From a virus (taxonomy: Duplodnaviria; Caudoviricetes): a stretch of 64,000 nucleotides of DNA. Location: the IMG/VR virus record IMGVR_UViG_3300037418_002332, one strand, 5' to 3'. Made by a program: the position numbers and the translations under genes. Positions within the stretch are counted from its first letter, which is position 1, and each line of letters starts with the position of its first letter. The notes under the pieces are model-generated. The model saw only the letters and a program-made list of their open reading frames with translations. It searched no databases and had not been told where the DNA came from. Of this stretch, positions 1 through 6,044 are shown piece by piece.

Positions 1-52
1 TGCTTCGAAGAAAATCTATAACCGAAAGAAGAAGAGCTTTTAATTCCTCAAT

Positions 53-220
53 GGTCATTGATAGACGGGTATGGTCTATCGAATGTTCCGAAGTTAGTTT
101 CATAGGGAAATATCACTTCACTGCCTCTTTCCTAACGAGGCAGTGAAGTGATATTGAGACCAATGGACGACTGAGAAAAATGGTTCCCTCCATGCTAGGT
201 TCGAGTCCTGGCGATGACCA
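53..220 (+). ncRNA. tRNA-shaped RNA with expanded core (no anticodon loop)
   Basis: GGTCATTG/CGATGACC acceptor-like stem, T-arm CTAGG-TTCGAGT-CCTGG, D-like hairpin GATAGAC/GTCTATC, AGGGAA/TTCCCT stem enclosing a perfect 19-bp hairpin (109-127/137-155). Confidence 0.6.
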
Positions 221-232
221 TTGAGGTATTAA

Positions 233-388
233 AAGTCAATTTTCGCCATACATCCGAGTGATGTTCGCGACGTTGCAGCAAGTGTTGGATGTCTATTGGG
301 GTTCGATTCCCTTAGTCGGTTTATGCTGACGCTGGCGCTAGAGATCGGAGGGAAACCTCGACATTGGATGTATGGCGAAAGTTGATTT
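233..388 (+). ncRNA. YrlA/Y-RNA-like permuted tRNA mimic
   Basis: long terminal stem (TTTCGCCATACATCC/GGATGTATGGCGAAA) enclosing T-arm GGGG-TTCGATT-CCCT, then closed stem GTCGG/CTGAC, then a GG-containing D-like loop. Confidence 0.55.
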
Positions 389-461
389 GCGTTTGATGGA
401 CGAATGAAGTCGTGGCCTCGTTCTGGTCAAGACGCCGTATCAAATCGGATGAAGCGCGCCA
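389..461 (+). pseudogene. degenerate tRNA-like sequence (possible GTT anticodon)
   Basis: 73 nt ending GCCA; GCGTTT/AAGCGC acceptor, TGGCC-TCGTTCT-GGTCA arm, weak T-arm. Confidence 0.3.
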
Positions 462-468
462 ATTTTAT

Positions 469-543
469 GCTCCTGTAGTTTAGTGGCTAGAATGCTGCCC
501 TTTCAAGGCGGAGAAGAGGGATCGAAACCCTTCAGGAGTACCA
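469..543 (+). tRNA. tRNA-Glu(TTC)
   Basis: cloverleaf, CTGCC-CTTTCAA-GGCGG, encoded CCA. Confidence 0.92.
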
Positions 544-549
544 ATAAAT

Positions 550-626
550 GCCTCTGTAGGCCAATCGGTAGAGTCAGCGGATTCAAACCCCGTTCAGTGT
601 CAGTTCGAGTCTGACCAGAGGCACCA
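550..626 (+). tRNA. tRNA-Leu(CAA), short variable loop
   Basis: GCCTCTG/CAGAGGC acceptor, loop TTCAAAC, T-arm GTCAG-TTCGAGT-CTGAC, CCA. Confidence 0.8.
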
Positions 627-674
627 TTTGAAGCGGTTGTTAGTACACGTCTGGTCAGGAACTAACATAATTTA

Positions 675-962
675 ATGCGGATATGGTATATGGGTATTAC
701 GAGACCTTGCCAAGGTTTAGAAGAGGGTTCGAGCTCCTCTATCCGCTCCAAATTCTATACTGATGGAAAACGACATTTGGTTTGTGTTCCATATTCAGTA
801 GAAAATCTTCACCAAATGGCTGAAGAATTGGATATCAAACGTTGTTGGTTTCATCGAAATCACTACGATATCCCGAAGAAAAGAATTGATGAAATCACCG
901 CAAAATGTGAGTTGGTTTCAAGTAAGATGATTGTTCAAATCATCAAAGGTGAATTGGGATAA
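675..962 (+). CDS. hypothetical protein, DUF4031-like C-terminal part; overlaps tRNA-Gly
   Basis: RHLV...LHQMAEELDIKRCWFH..HYDI resembles DUF4031; the only ATG lies just before the tRNA. Confidence 0.45.
   Translation: MRIWYMGITRPCQGLEEGSSSSIRSKFYTDGKRHLVCVPYSVENLHQMAEELDIKRCWFHRNHYDIPKKRIDEITAKCELVSSKMIVQIIKGELG
677..750 (+). tRNA. tRNA-Gly(GCC)
   Basis: AGACC-TTGCCAA-GGTTT, U73, CCA. Confidence 0.92.
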
Positions 963-1051
963 AATCCCTCCGATCCCGGCAGAGCGGTTCAATTCCGCCT
1001 CGTCCACCAATCTATGGACGAGTTAGTGTAACGGCAGCACTCCGGACTAAA
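956..1051 (+). ncRNA. circularly permuted tRNA-like gene A (Arg CCG-like)
   Basis: 3' half (CT-CCG-AT, CCCGG, T-arm GCGG-TTCAATT-CCGC, CTCGTCC-A-CCA, 968-1009) precedes 5' half (GGACGAG, D-arm GTGT/GCAC, CCGGA, 1016-1051). Confidence 0.75.
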
Positions 1052-1053
1052 TT

Positions 1054-1157
1054 GGAACTGAAAAGTTCCTACGATGTCGCAGTTCCTGTATCGAATCAGG
1101 GTCTCCCACCATAAATCAGATATGGGAGATTGGTGAAAGTATCACGGCGATACTAAA
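1054..1157 (+). ncRNA. circularly permuted tRNA-like gene B (Arg ACG-like)
   Basis: 3' half (CT-ACG-AT, GTCGC, CCTG-TATCGAAT-CAGG, GTCTCCC-A-CCA, 1069-1111) precedes 5' half (GGGAGAT, GTGA/TCAC, GCGAT, 1124-1157). Confidence 0.75.
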
Positions 1158-1160
1158 CTT

Positions 1161-1238
1161 GGGTTGAGCGAATGGCTGGTGCGTGTTCGCTACGCTGAAA
1201 ACGTAGAGGTTGAGATTCGATTTCTCATCAACCCACCA
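1161..1238 (+). tRNA. tRNA-Phe(GAA)
   Basis: GGGTTGA/TCAACCC, CTACG-CTGAAAA-CGTAG, CCA. Confidence 0.9.
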
Positions 1239-1243
1239 AGTTT

Positions 1244-1319
1244 GGATGTGTAGCTCCAATGTAAAGAGCAGCCTCTTTGGTGAGGCAGGTTATTGGTTCA
1301 AATCCAATCGCATCCACCA
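1244..1319 (+). pseudogene. tRNA-like gene with 6-nt anticodon loop (Pro TGG-like)
   Basis: intact acceptor, T-arm and CCA; GCCTC-TTTGGT-GAGGC; D-loop lacks GG. Confidence 0.65.
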
Positions 1320-1333
1320 AATACGAGGAAGTC

Positions 1334-1525
1334 ATGAGAAACTTAGTTGAATATCCAGTGACTGCCGATGAAACAATTACTCTTGTGCGCACCCTTCTTG
1401 GTCGAGCGCAGCAATCAAAAGCAATTGGTTCAATGCATCCTTTGATTCTTAGCTATGTGCTTCAGTATCTTACTGAAAACAAGCTATCTTTGATTGATTT
1501 CTTGGAAAAGAAACAACCTGATTAA
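1334..1525 (+). CDS. hypothetical protein
   Basis: GAGGA RBS before ATG 1334 within track ORF 1277-1525. Confidence 0.6.
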   Translation: MRNLVEYPVTADETITLVRTLLGRAQQSKAIGSMHPLILSYVLQYLTENKLSLIDFLEKKQPD

Positions 1526-1526
1526 T

Positions 1527-1603
1527 GGGCTGGTGGTGAAAGGGTAAACACGCTGTCGGCATCCGCAGTAGGTGAAGGATTCGAATTCCTTCTCAGCCCA
1601 CCA
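1527..1603 (+). pseudogene. tRNA-like gene with collapsed anticodon loop around CAT
   Basis: GGGCTGG/TCAGCCC acceptor, T-arm, CCA; anticodon arm CTG-T-CGG-CAT-CCG-CAG leaves a 3-nt loop. Confidence 0.6.
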
Positions 1604-1630
1604 TATATTTCTTAACAATGGAGAACTTGA

Positions 1631-1984
1631 ATGAGAGCAGCACTCGCTGGTATTGCTATTCTTGGTGTTGTTATTGGCGGCAGTTATCTGTACACCAAAG
1701 CAACTGAATCGACAATTGTGACGACAATCACCAAGACGGATCGCGAATGTAAGGCTGATTCGAACGGTGCAACGACTTGTCGATACATGATCTACACACC
1801 AGATGAGGTGTTTGAAAATGTTGACACTTGGTGGTATTTGAAATTTGATTCGTCTGATTTCAATAACAAGTTGTCGGGTGGAATTGGAAAATCATACAAG
1901 TTGACTGTTTATGGTTTCCGTATTCCTTTCTTTTCGCAATATCGCAATGTTGTTGATTACGAACCAGCTGAGGTGACTCAATGA
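1631..1984 (+). CDS. membrane-anchored phage protein (DUF1523-like)
   Basis: N-terminal hydrophobic helix; YMIYT..VFEN.D..KFDSSD...YGFRIPFFS.YRN pattern. Confidence 0.6.
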   Translation: MRAALAGIAILGVVIGGSYLYTKATESTIVTTITKTDRECKADSNGATTCRYMIYTPDEVFENVDTWWYLKFDSSDFNNKLSGGIGKSYKLTVYGFRIPFFSQYRNVVDYEPAEVTQ

Positions 1985-2162
1985 GTAAAGGTGATTTGAT
2001 CACTTATTCGCAATGGGCAATGTTTATTGCGATTGCAGGAATTTTCTGGAATTTGATGACACTTTCATTTTTCAGAGTTTTGTTTTTCATTGCGGTTTTT
2101 GTAATCGCATTTGGTATCAATTATCTGGCCAAGAATGGCACGGTAACGTTTAAAGAATAAAT

Positions 2163-2240
2163 GCCTATGTATCTCCCTCGTCTACGAAACGAGTCAGAGT
2201 AATTGGAATGATGCTGGTTCGATCCCAGTCATAGGCTCCA
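2163..2240 (+). tRNA. non-canonical tRNA-Arg(ACG), D-loop relocated 3' of anticodon arm
   Basis: GCCTATG/CATAGGC, TA-TCTCC linker, CTCGT-CTACGAA-ACGAG, then AGAGTAATTGGA, T-arm, CCA. Confidence 0.75.
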
Positions 2241-2246
2241 ATTTTT

Positions 2247-2323
2247 GGTTCTTTAGTGAAACTGGATATAACAACAGTCTTCGAAACTGTAGATGATGGG
2301 TTCGAGTCCCTCAAGAACCTCCA
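2247..2323 (+). tRNA. tRNA-Arg(TCG)
   Basis: ACAGT-CTTCGAA-ACTGT, GGA in D-loop, CCA. Confidence 0.9.
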
Positions 2324-2510
2324 ACATTGGTTTCATAAACCAATGGACCCAGAGATTAGAGCAGCGTGGGTCTTTAAACATAAGACGGGACGAAAGTCGC
2401 GGTGCTGACATTAAAATACCAGAATGCCGTCACATGGCTTCAAGTTGTGAGACTCTGGGTGTGGGCAACACCCGCCTTAAATTTGTATTGTGATTTGGAG
2501 AACTATATAA

Positions 2511-2702
2511 ATGCGTTCGTACCTTGATTGTCCTCATCACAATGTACAACAGTTCACTGATTACTGTCTTGATTGTGGTCATTCGACTTATATGACCAAG
2601 CAAGAATATCTTCAATATTTGAAGGATATGTGGGACAGAAAACAGAACGATGAATTGATTGGAAAAATTCGAGAATACGAAAAGAAACTCGATATCAAAT
2701 AA
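2511..2702 (+). CDS. hypothetical protein with CxxH/CxxC
   Basis: GGAG RBS, ORF track. Confidence 0.6.
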   Translation: MRSYLDCPHHNVQQFTDYCLDCGHSTYMTKQEYLQYLKDMWDRKQNDELIGKIREYEKKLDIK

Positions 2703-2703
2703 T

Positions 2704-2777
2704 GGTCCCTTAGTTCAATGGGAGAACTCTGTCTTTACACGGCAGCTACGATGGTTCGATTCCGTCAGGGACTACCA
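2704..2777 (+). tRNA. tRNA-Val(TAC)
   Basis: CTGTC-TTTACAC-GGCAG, CCA. Confidence 0.92.
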
Positions 2778-2794
2778 AAATTAATGGAGAATGA

Positions 2795-3355
2795 ATGACA
2801 TGCATTGTTGGGCTGGTCGATAATGACAGCGTGTATATTGGTGGCGACAGTGCCGGTGTTAGTTCTCTATCTGTAACAGTTCGAAGTGATCCGAAAGTTT
2901 TTCGGAATGGTGATATGATCTTTGGTTTTACATCATCGTTTCGCATGGGACAACTTCTTCATCATTCTCTAGTCGTGCCGACTCGTCCTTCCGATATGAA
3001 TGTAGCTAGATTTATGACGACAATCTTCATTGATGCTGTTCGCGAATGCCTTCAAACTGGTGGTTATGCGCGAAAGGTCAATGATGTTGAATCTGCAGGC
3101 ACTTTCTTAGTTGGATATGAAGGTCGCTTGTTTATTGTTGATTCGGATTACCAAATCGGTGAGCACAATTGCGGATATGCTTCAGTGGGTTGCGGTGAAG
3201 ATTTAGCATTGGGTTCAATGTTCTCAACAGTTGGACAGAAACCCAAAGAGAGAATTTTAACTGCTTTGAAAGCAGCTGAAGCTTTCAACGGTGGTGTTCG
3301 TGGACCTTTTACGATTGTAAAATTGTTTGGCAAGAAAATGAAAGAAAAGTCTTGA
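2795..3355 (+). CDS. Ntn-hydrolase, HslV/proteasome beta-like peptidase
   Basis: N-terminal Thr after Met (MTCIVG), IGGDS, SVGCG near the C-terminal third. Confidence 0.75.
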   Translation: MTCIVGLVDNDSVYIGGDSAGVSSLSVTVRSDPKVFRNGDMIFGFTSSFRMGQLLHHSLVVPTRPSDMNVARFMTTIFIDAVRECLQTGGYARKVNDVESAGTFLVGYEGRLFIVDSDYQIGEHNCGYASVGCGEDLALGSMFSTVGQKPKERILTALKAAEAFNGGVRGPFTIVKLFGKKMKEKS

Positions 3356-3380
3356 CTTCATGAAGTCACCAACTTATAAT
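3352..3380 (+). promoter_or_regulatory. sigma70-type early promoter
   Basis: TTGACT-17-TATAAT. Confidence 0.75.
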
Positions 3381-3502
3381 GGTGATAGTTAATAAATGAG
3401 GTTCGCAATGAAGAGGAAGTCTCGTCTCAATATTCATTGTGTTGATCACGATGATTGGTTTTTGATGATGATGAAGTTGAAGGCAATTGCCTAAAGATTA
3501 AT

Positions 3503-3584
3503 GGCCTTGTATCTCATCCGCCTTCTAAGCGGACGTTAATCGAGTAACTGGAGTATGGGGGTTCGAGTCCCTTCAAGGTCGCCA
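3503..3584 (+). tRNA. non-canonical tRNA-Arg(TCT), D-loop relocated 3' of anticodon arm
   Basis: GGCCTTG/CAAGGTC, TA-TCTCA linker, TCCGC-CTTCTAA-GCGGA, then GAGTAACTGGA, T-arm, CCA. Confidence 0.75.
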
Positions 3585-3650
3585 ATTCGGAGAAACGAAT
3601 GAAGTTCTACTTGGAGTATGATTCCTTTTGAGGTAACTCAGGAGGAACTA

Positions 3651-3926
3651 ATGTCAAGAACTATTCGTCGCAAAAACGTCAAGAACCCATGGCCAAAAAC
3701 CGAATGGACTGATTGGCGCGGTAAAATTCGTCATTGGGGTCATGATGATTGGGAGTGGCACAGCGATAAATATCGTTGGAACTACCATGGTTATTTGAAA
3801 GAATTTACCACTTACATTCGTCGCAATGATGAACGTGAAATGCTTCATCGAGTTATGAAAGATGAAGAATATGATTGCTATGATCTAGAAAAGGCTTATC
3901 TAGGACATATTTGGAACTTCGATTAA
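3651..3926 (+). CDS. hypothetical protein
   Basis: AGGAGG RBS before ATG 3651. Confidence 0.65.
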   Translation: MSRTIRRKNVKNPWPKTEWTDWRGKIRHWGHDDWEWHSDKYRWNYHGYLKEFTTYIRRNDEREMLHRVMKDEEYDCYDLEKAYLGHIWNFD

Positions 3927-3937
3927 GGAGAAACGAT

Positions 3938-4066
3938 ATGAATGAGATTAATGCTGATGGCCGAGCTTATGACGGCCGCAAAGGACCGCTGATTGTTGCT
4001 GCCGCATTTACTGGCGCTTCAATTTTGTTGGTTCTTTGGTTAGCGATTGCTCCTTTATTTCAATAG
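3938..4066 (+). CDS. small membrane peptide (42 aa), ends inside tRNA-Val
   Basis: AAGGAG RBS; MNEINADGRAYDGRKGPLIVAAAFTGASILLVLWLAIAPFIQ. Confidence 0.5.
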   Translation: MNEINADGRAYDGRKGPLIVAAAFTGASILLVLWLAIAPLFQ

Positions 4067-4123
4067 TTAGAATCCCTGCCCGACATGCAGGAGAAGCTGG
4101 AGCGTAACCAGCAGGGAGTACCA
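4049..4123 (+). tRNA. tRNA-Val(GAC), variant elbow
   Basis: CCTGC-CCGACAT-GCAGG; T-loop AGCGTAA; CCA. Confidence 0.75.
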
Positions 4124-4129
4124 ATTTTT

Positions 4130-4214
4130 GGGGTATCGGCAGAGTAAGAGAGCTGCGGCGGTCTGTAAAACCGTTCCTTTTGGTGAGTTGGTGCAAATCC
4201 ATCATGCCCCACCA
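4130..4214 (+). tRNA. tRNA-Tyr(GTA)
   Basis: GCGGT-CTGTAAA-ACCGT, long V region, T-loop TGCAAAT, CCA. Confidence 0.88.
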
Positions 4215-4267
4215 AACTTCGATGTCAGTTTACTGATATCACCCTGAGCACTTGTTGTTCAGGATAT

Positions 4268-4341
4268 TCCTGGGTCGTCTAAAGGTAGGACGGAAGACTT
4301 TGAATCTTCCTATCGTGGTTCGAATCCATGCCCGGGAGCCA
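4268..4341 (+). tRNA. tRNA-Gln(TTG)
   Basis: GAAGA-CTTTGAA-TCTTC, U1-A72, G73, CCA. Confidence 0.92.
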
Positions 4342-4347
4342 ATTTAA

Positions 4348-4420
4348 TGGCCGTTAGTTTAATGTAGAATCACAGGTTCTGACCCTGTTGGTCCTGGTTC
4401 GAGTCCGGGATGGCCAGCCA
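4348..4420 (+). tRNA. tRNA-Gln(CTG)
   Basis: ACAGG-TTCTGAC-CCTGT, U1-A72, CCA. Confidence 0.9.
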
Positions 4421-4580
4421 ATAAAAGAGGAATGTTGTTGTGCAGAGATATTGCACCATTCTAATCTGCTTTTTGATAAGCGGTTGTGTGACTATTGAAC
4501 ATACAAAAGATGAACCAAAATATTGGTCAATCGTTGGCAATATTTTGAAGCAAGAAGTTGCTAACGATAAAAAGTAATAT

Positions 4581-4660
4581 TCCGGAAGGGGCTGCTTGGT
4601 GTGGCCGCCTGTCTTTGAAACAGGAGATTCAGCTTGGTTCGATGCCAAGGTCCGGAGCCA
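4581..4660 (+). tRNA. tRNA-Gln(TTG), second copy
   Basis: CCTGT-CTTTGAA-ACAGG, CCA. Confidence 0.8.
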
Positions 4661-4740
4661 ATTGAGGGTTGTTGATCTCCTGTGTGGATCAATGTAATTG
4701 AAGATAACAACGGGCTGGAATCCGTCTTCCCTTGAAATAT

Positions 4741-4829
4741 TGGAGAATGCGCGAATTGGCAAGCGGTCAGACTCTGAATCTGAAGCCTGAGTAATCTCAG
4801 TCCTGGTTCGAACCCAGGTTCTCCAGCCA
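4741..4829 (+). tRNA. tRNA-Gln(CTG) with long variable arm
   Basis: TCAGA-CTCTGAA-TCTGA, V-arm CTGAG-TAAT-CTCAG, U1-A72, G73, CCA. Confidence 0.85.
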
Positions 4830-4854
4830 AAAGTTTGTTGTCATCTTATTCTTT

Positions 4855-4862
4855 ACTAAATA
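4855..4862 (+). promoter_or_regulatory. T4-like late promoter inside RBS-occluding stem
   Basis: ACTAAATA; TCTTATTCTT (4844-4853) pairs with AAGAATAAGA next to the GAGGA RBS. Confidence 0.6.
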
Positions 4863-4937
4863 TGGGTTGAGCACCGTAAAGGTGTGTAACCGGGTTGCTT
4901 TATATTTACTAAGTAGCCACAAGAATAAGAGGACAGT

Positions 4938-5150
4938 ATGTCACTTGAAAAAACCTATTTGAATGGAATGTTGGAATTCATGGAAGAAAATCCATGGTGG
5001 TTCAAAACTTTGAATTCGTTTGAATGTTTACATTTTTTAATTTTGTTAGAATACGCAAAAGCAATGAAATTGAATCCCGATTGTTATATTCCTAAAAATT
5101 TCGGTCTTAGTTATGTTAATTTGACTTATAATCCCGGCTGGACGGCATAG
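4938..5150 (+). CDS. hypothetical late protein, ends inside tRNA-Met
   Basis: GAGGA RBS, ORF track. Confidence 0.55.
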   Translation: MSLEKTYLNGMLEFMEENPWWFKTLNSFECLHFLILLEYAKAMKLNPDCYIPKNFGLSYVNLTYNPGWTA

Positions 5151-5209
5151 AGTTTCGTGCTTTCCTCATAAGAAAGTCTAGAAAGGTGCAATACCTTTAG
5201 TCGGGACCA
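5133..5209 (+). tRNA. tRNA(CAT) (Met or Ile2)
   Basis: CCCGGCT/AGTCGGG, CTTTC-CTCATAA-GAAAG, AAAGG-TGCAATA-CCTTT, CCA. Confidence 0.8.
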
Positions 5210-5446
5210 ATTTTTAGCAATTACATCACCGGCTTGCCGAATTGCTAAATTGTGGAGTAATCCACTGGAGACGCGAGTTTGGACCAATGCCTTCATGAAG
5301 GGTAACATTGAACTGACGAATGACGCTCTGATGTCAGCGTGAAGCGACTGATTACGTCTTTAAAAATCTTACCAATTCAATGAATTGGTCCTTTACTTTT
5401 TGACTGCATCAATATATAACTTGGTTAATTGATGCGGAGAATTTAA

Positions 5447-5632
5447 ATGGACTATTTCGACGCTGCCCTTCGCTTGGTGTGGGGACTAGGTATGTTGATT
5501 ATTATCGCTGGGTTCACGATGCCTATCATTGTGTATGATGGTGTTTCAAGTCGTCGTGGAACTTTGAGAGATCGTGCCTTTATCTTCATCATCGGATATA
5601 TTATAATGGGCTTCGGTATGAGTCCTTTTTGA
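5447..5632 (+). CDS. small membrane protein
   Basis: GGAG RBS, two hydrophobic segments. Confidence 0.55.
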   Translation: MDYFDAALRLVWGLGMLIIIAGFTMPIIVYDGVSSRRGTLRDRAFIFIIGYIIMGFGMSPF

Positions 5633-5765
5633 TAGGTGATGTTATGACTTTTAGGTTCGGTGGTCTCGCGATTTTGATTATTGTGTTGGCGATACTTTAT
5701 CGTCCAACGGAAACTGGTCATGCCTTCAATCTATTCTGGTTGGCTTTGACTGGACAATATTAATT

Positions 5766-5856
5766 GCGCGTAAGCATGGGTATGCAGAGGAAGCTTATAA
5801 CTTCTTTACCCTAGATTGGGGTCTTTGACAAGGTTCAAGTCCTTGTGCGCGCACCA
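5766..5856 (+). tRNA. atypical tRNA-Ile(TAT), mini D-arm and long variable region
   Basis: GCGCGTA/TGCGCGC, GCAT-GGGT-ATGC, GGAAG-CTTATAA-CTTCT, CAAGG-TTCAAGT-CCTTG, CCA. Confidence 0.7.
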
Positions 5857-5857
5857 T

Positions 5858-5944
5858 GGAGAGTTATGAGGGACGGCTCCCTTCGCAGTCTTGAAAACTG
5901 AGGGCACCGCAAGGTGTGGCGATCGACACGTCAGCTCTCCGCCA
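5858..5944 (+). tRNA. tRNA-Ser(TGA)
   Basis: CAGT-CTTGAAA-ACTG, long V arm, G73, CCA. Confidence 0.88.
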
Positions 5945-5951
5945 ATTTAAT

Positions 5952-6026
5952 GCTTCTTTCTTCTAGTGGCTAAGAAACTCGGCCGATAACCGAGAAAAGA
6001 TGGATCGAAACCATCAAGAAGCACCA
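5952..6026 (+). tRNA. tRNA-Ile(GAT)
   Basis: CTCGG-CCGATAA-CCGAG, CCA. Confidence 0.88.
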
Positions 6027-6044
6027 AATTTTTGAGGATATAAT

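Noticed and set aside
550-626. Reading the anticodon as TCA (opal suppressor/Sec)
   Set aside because: That register pairs only 3 of 5 stem positions; the CAA register fits the D-arm numbering and pairs 4 of 5
5215-5390. Possible hammerhead (CTGATG) and hairpins after tRNA(CAT)
   Set aside because: Core reads CTGATGT with no matching GAAA or stem geometry; only isolated hairpins such as TTTAGCAATT/AATTGCTAAA
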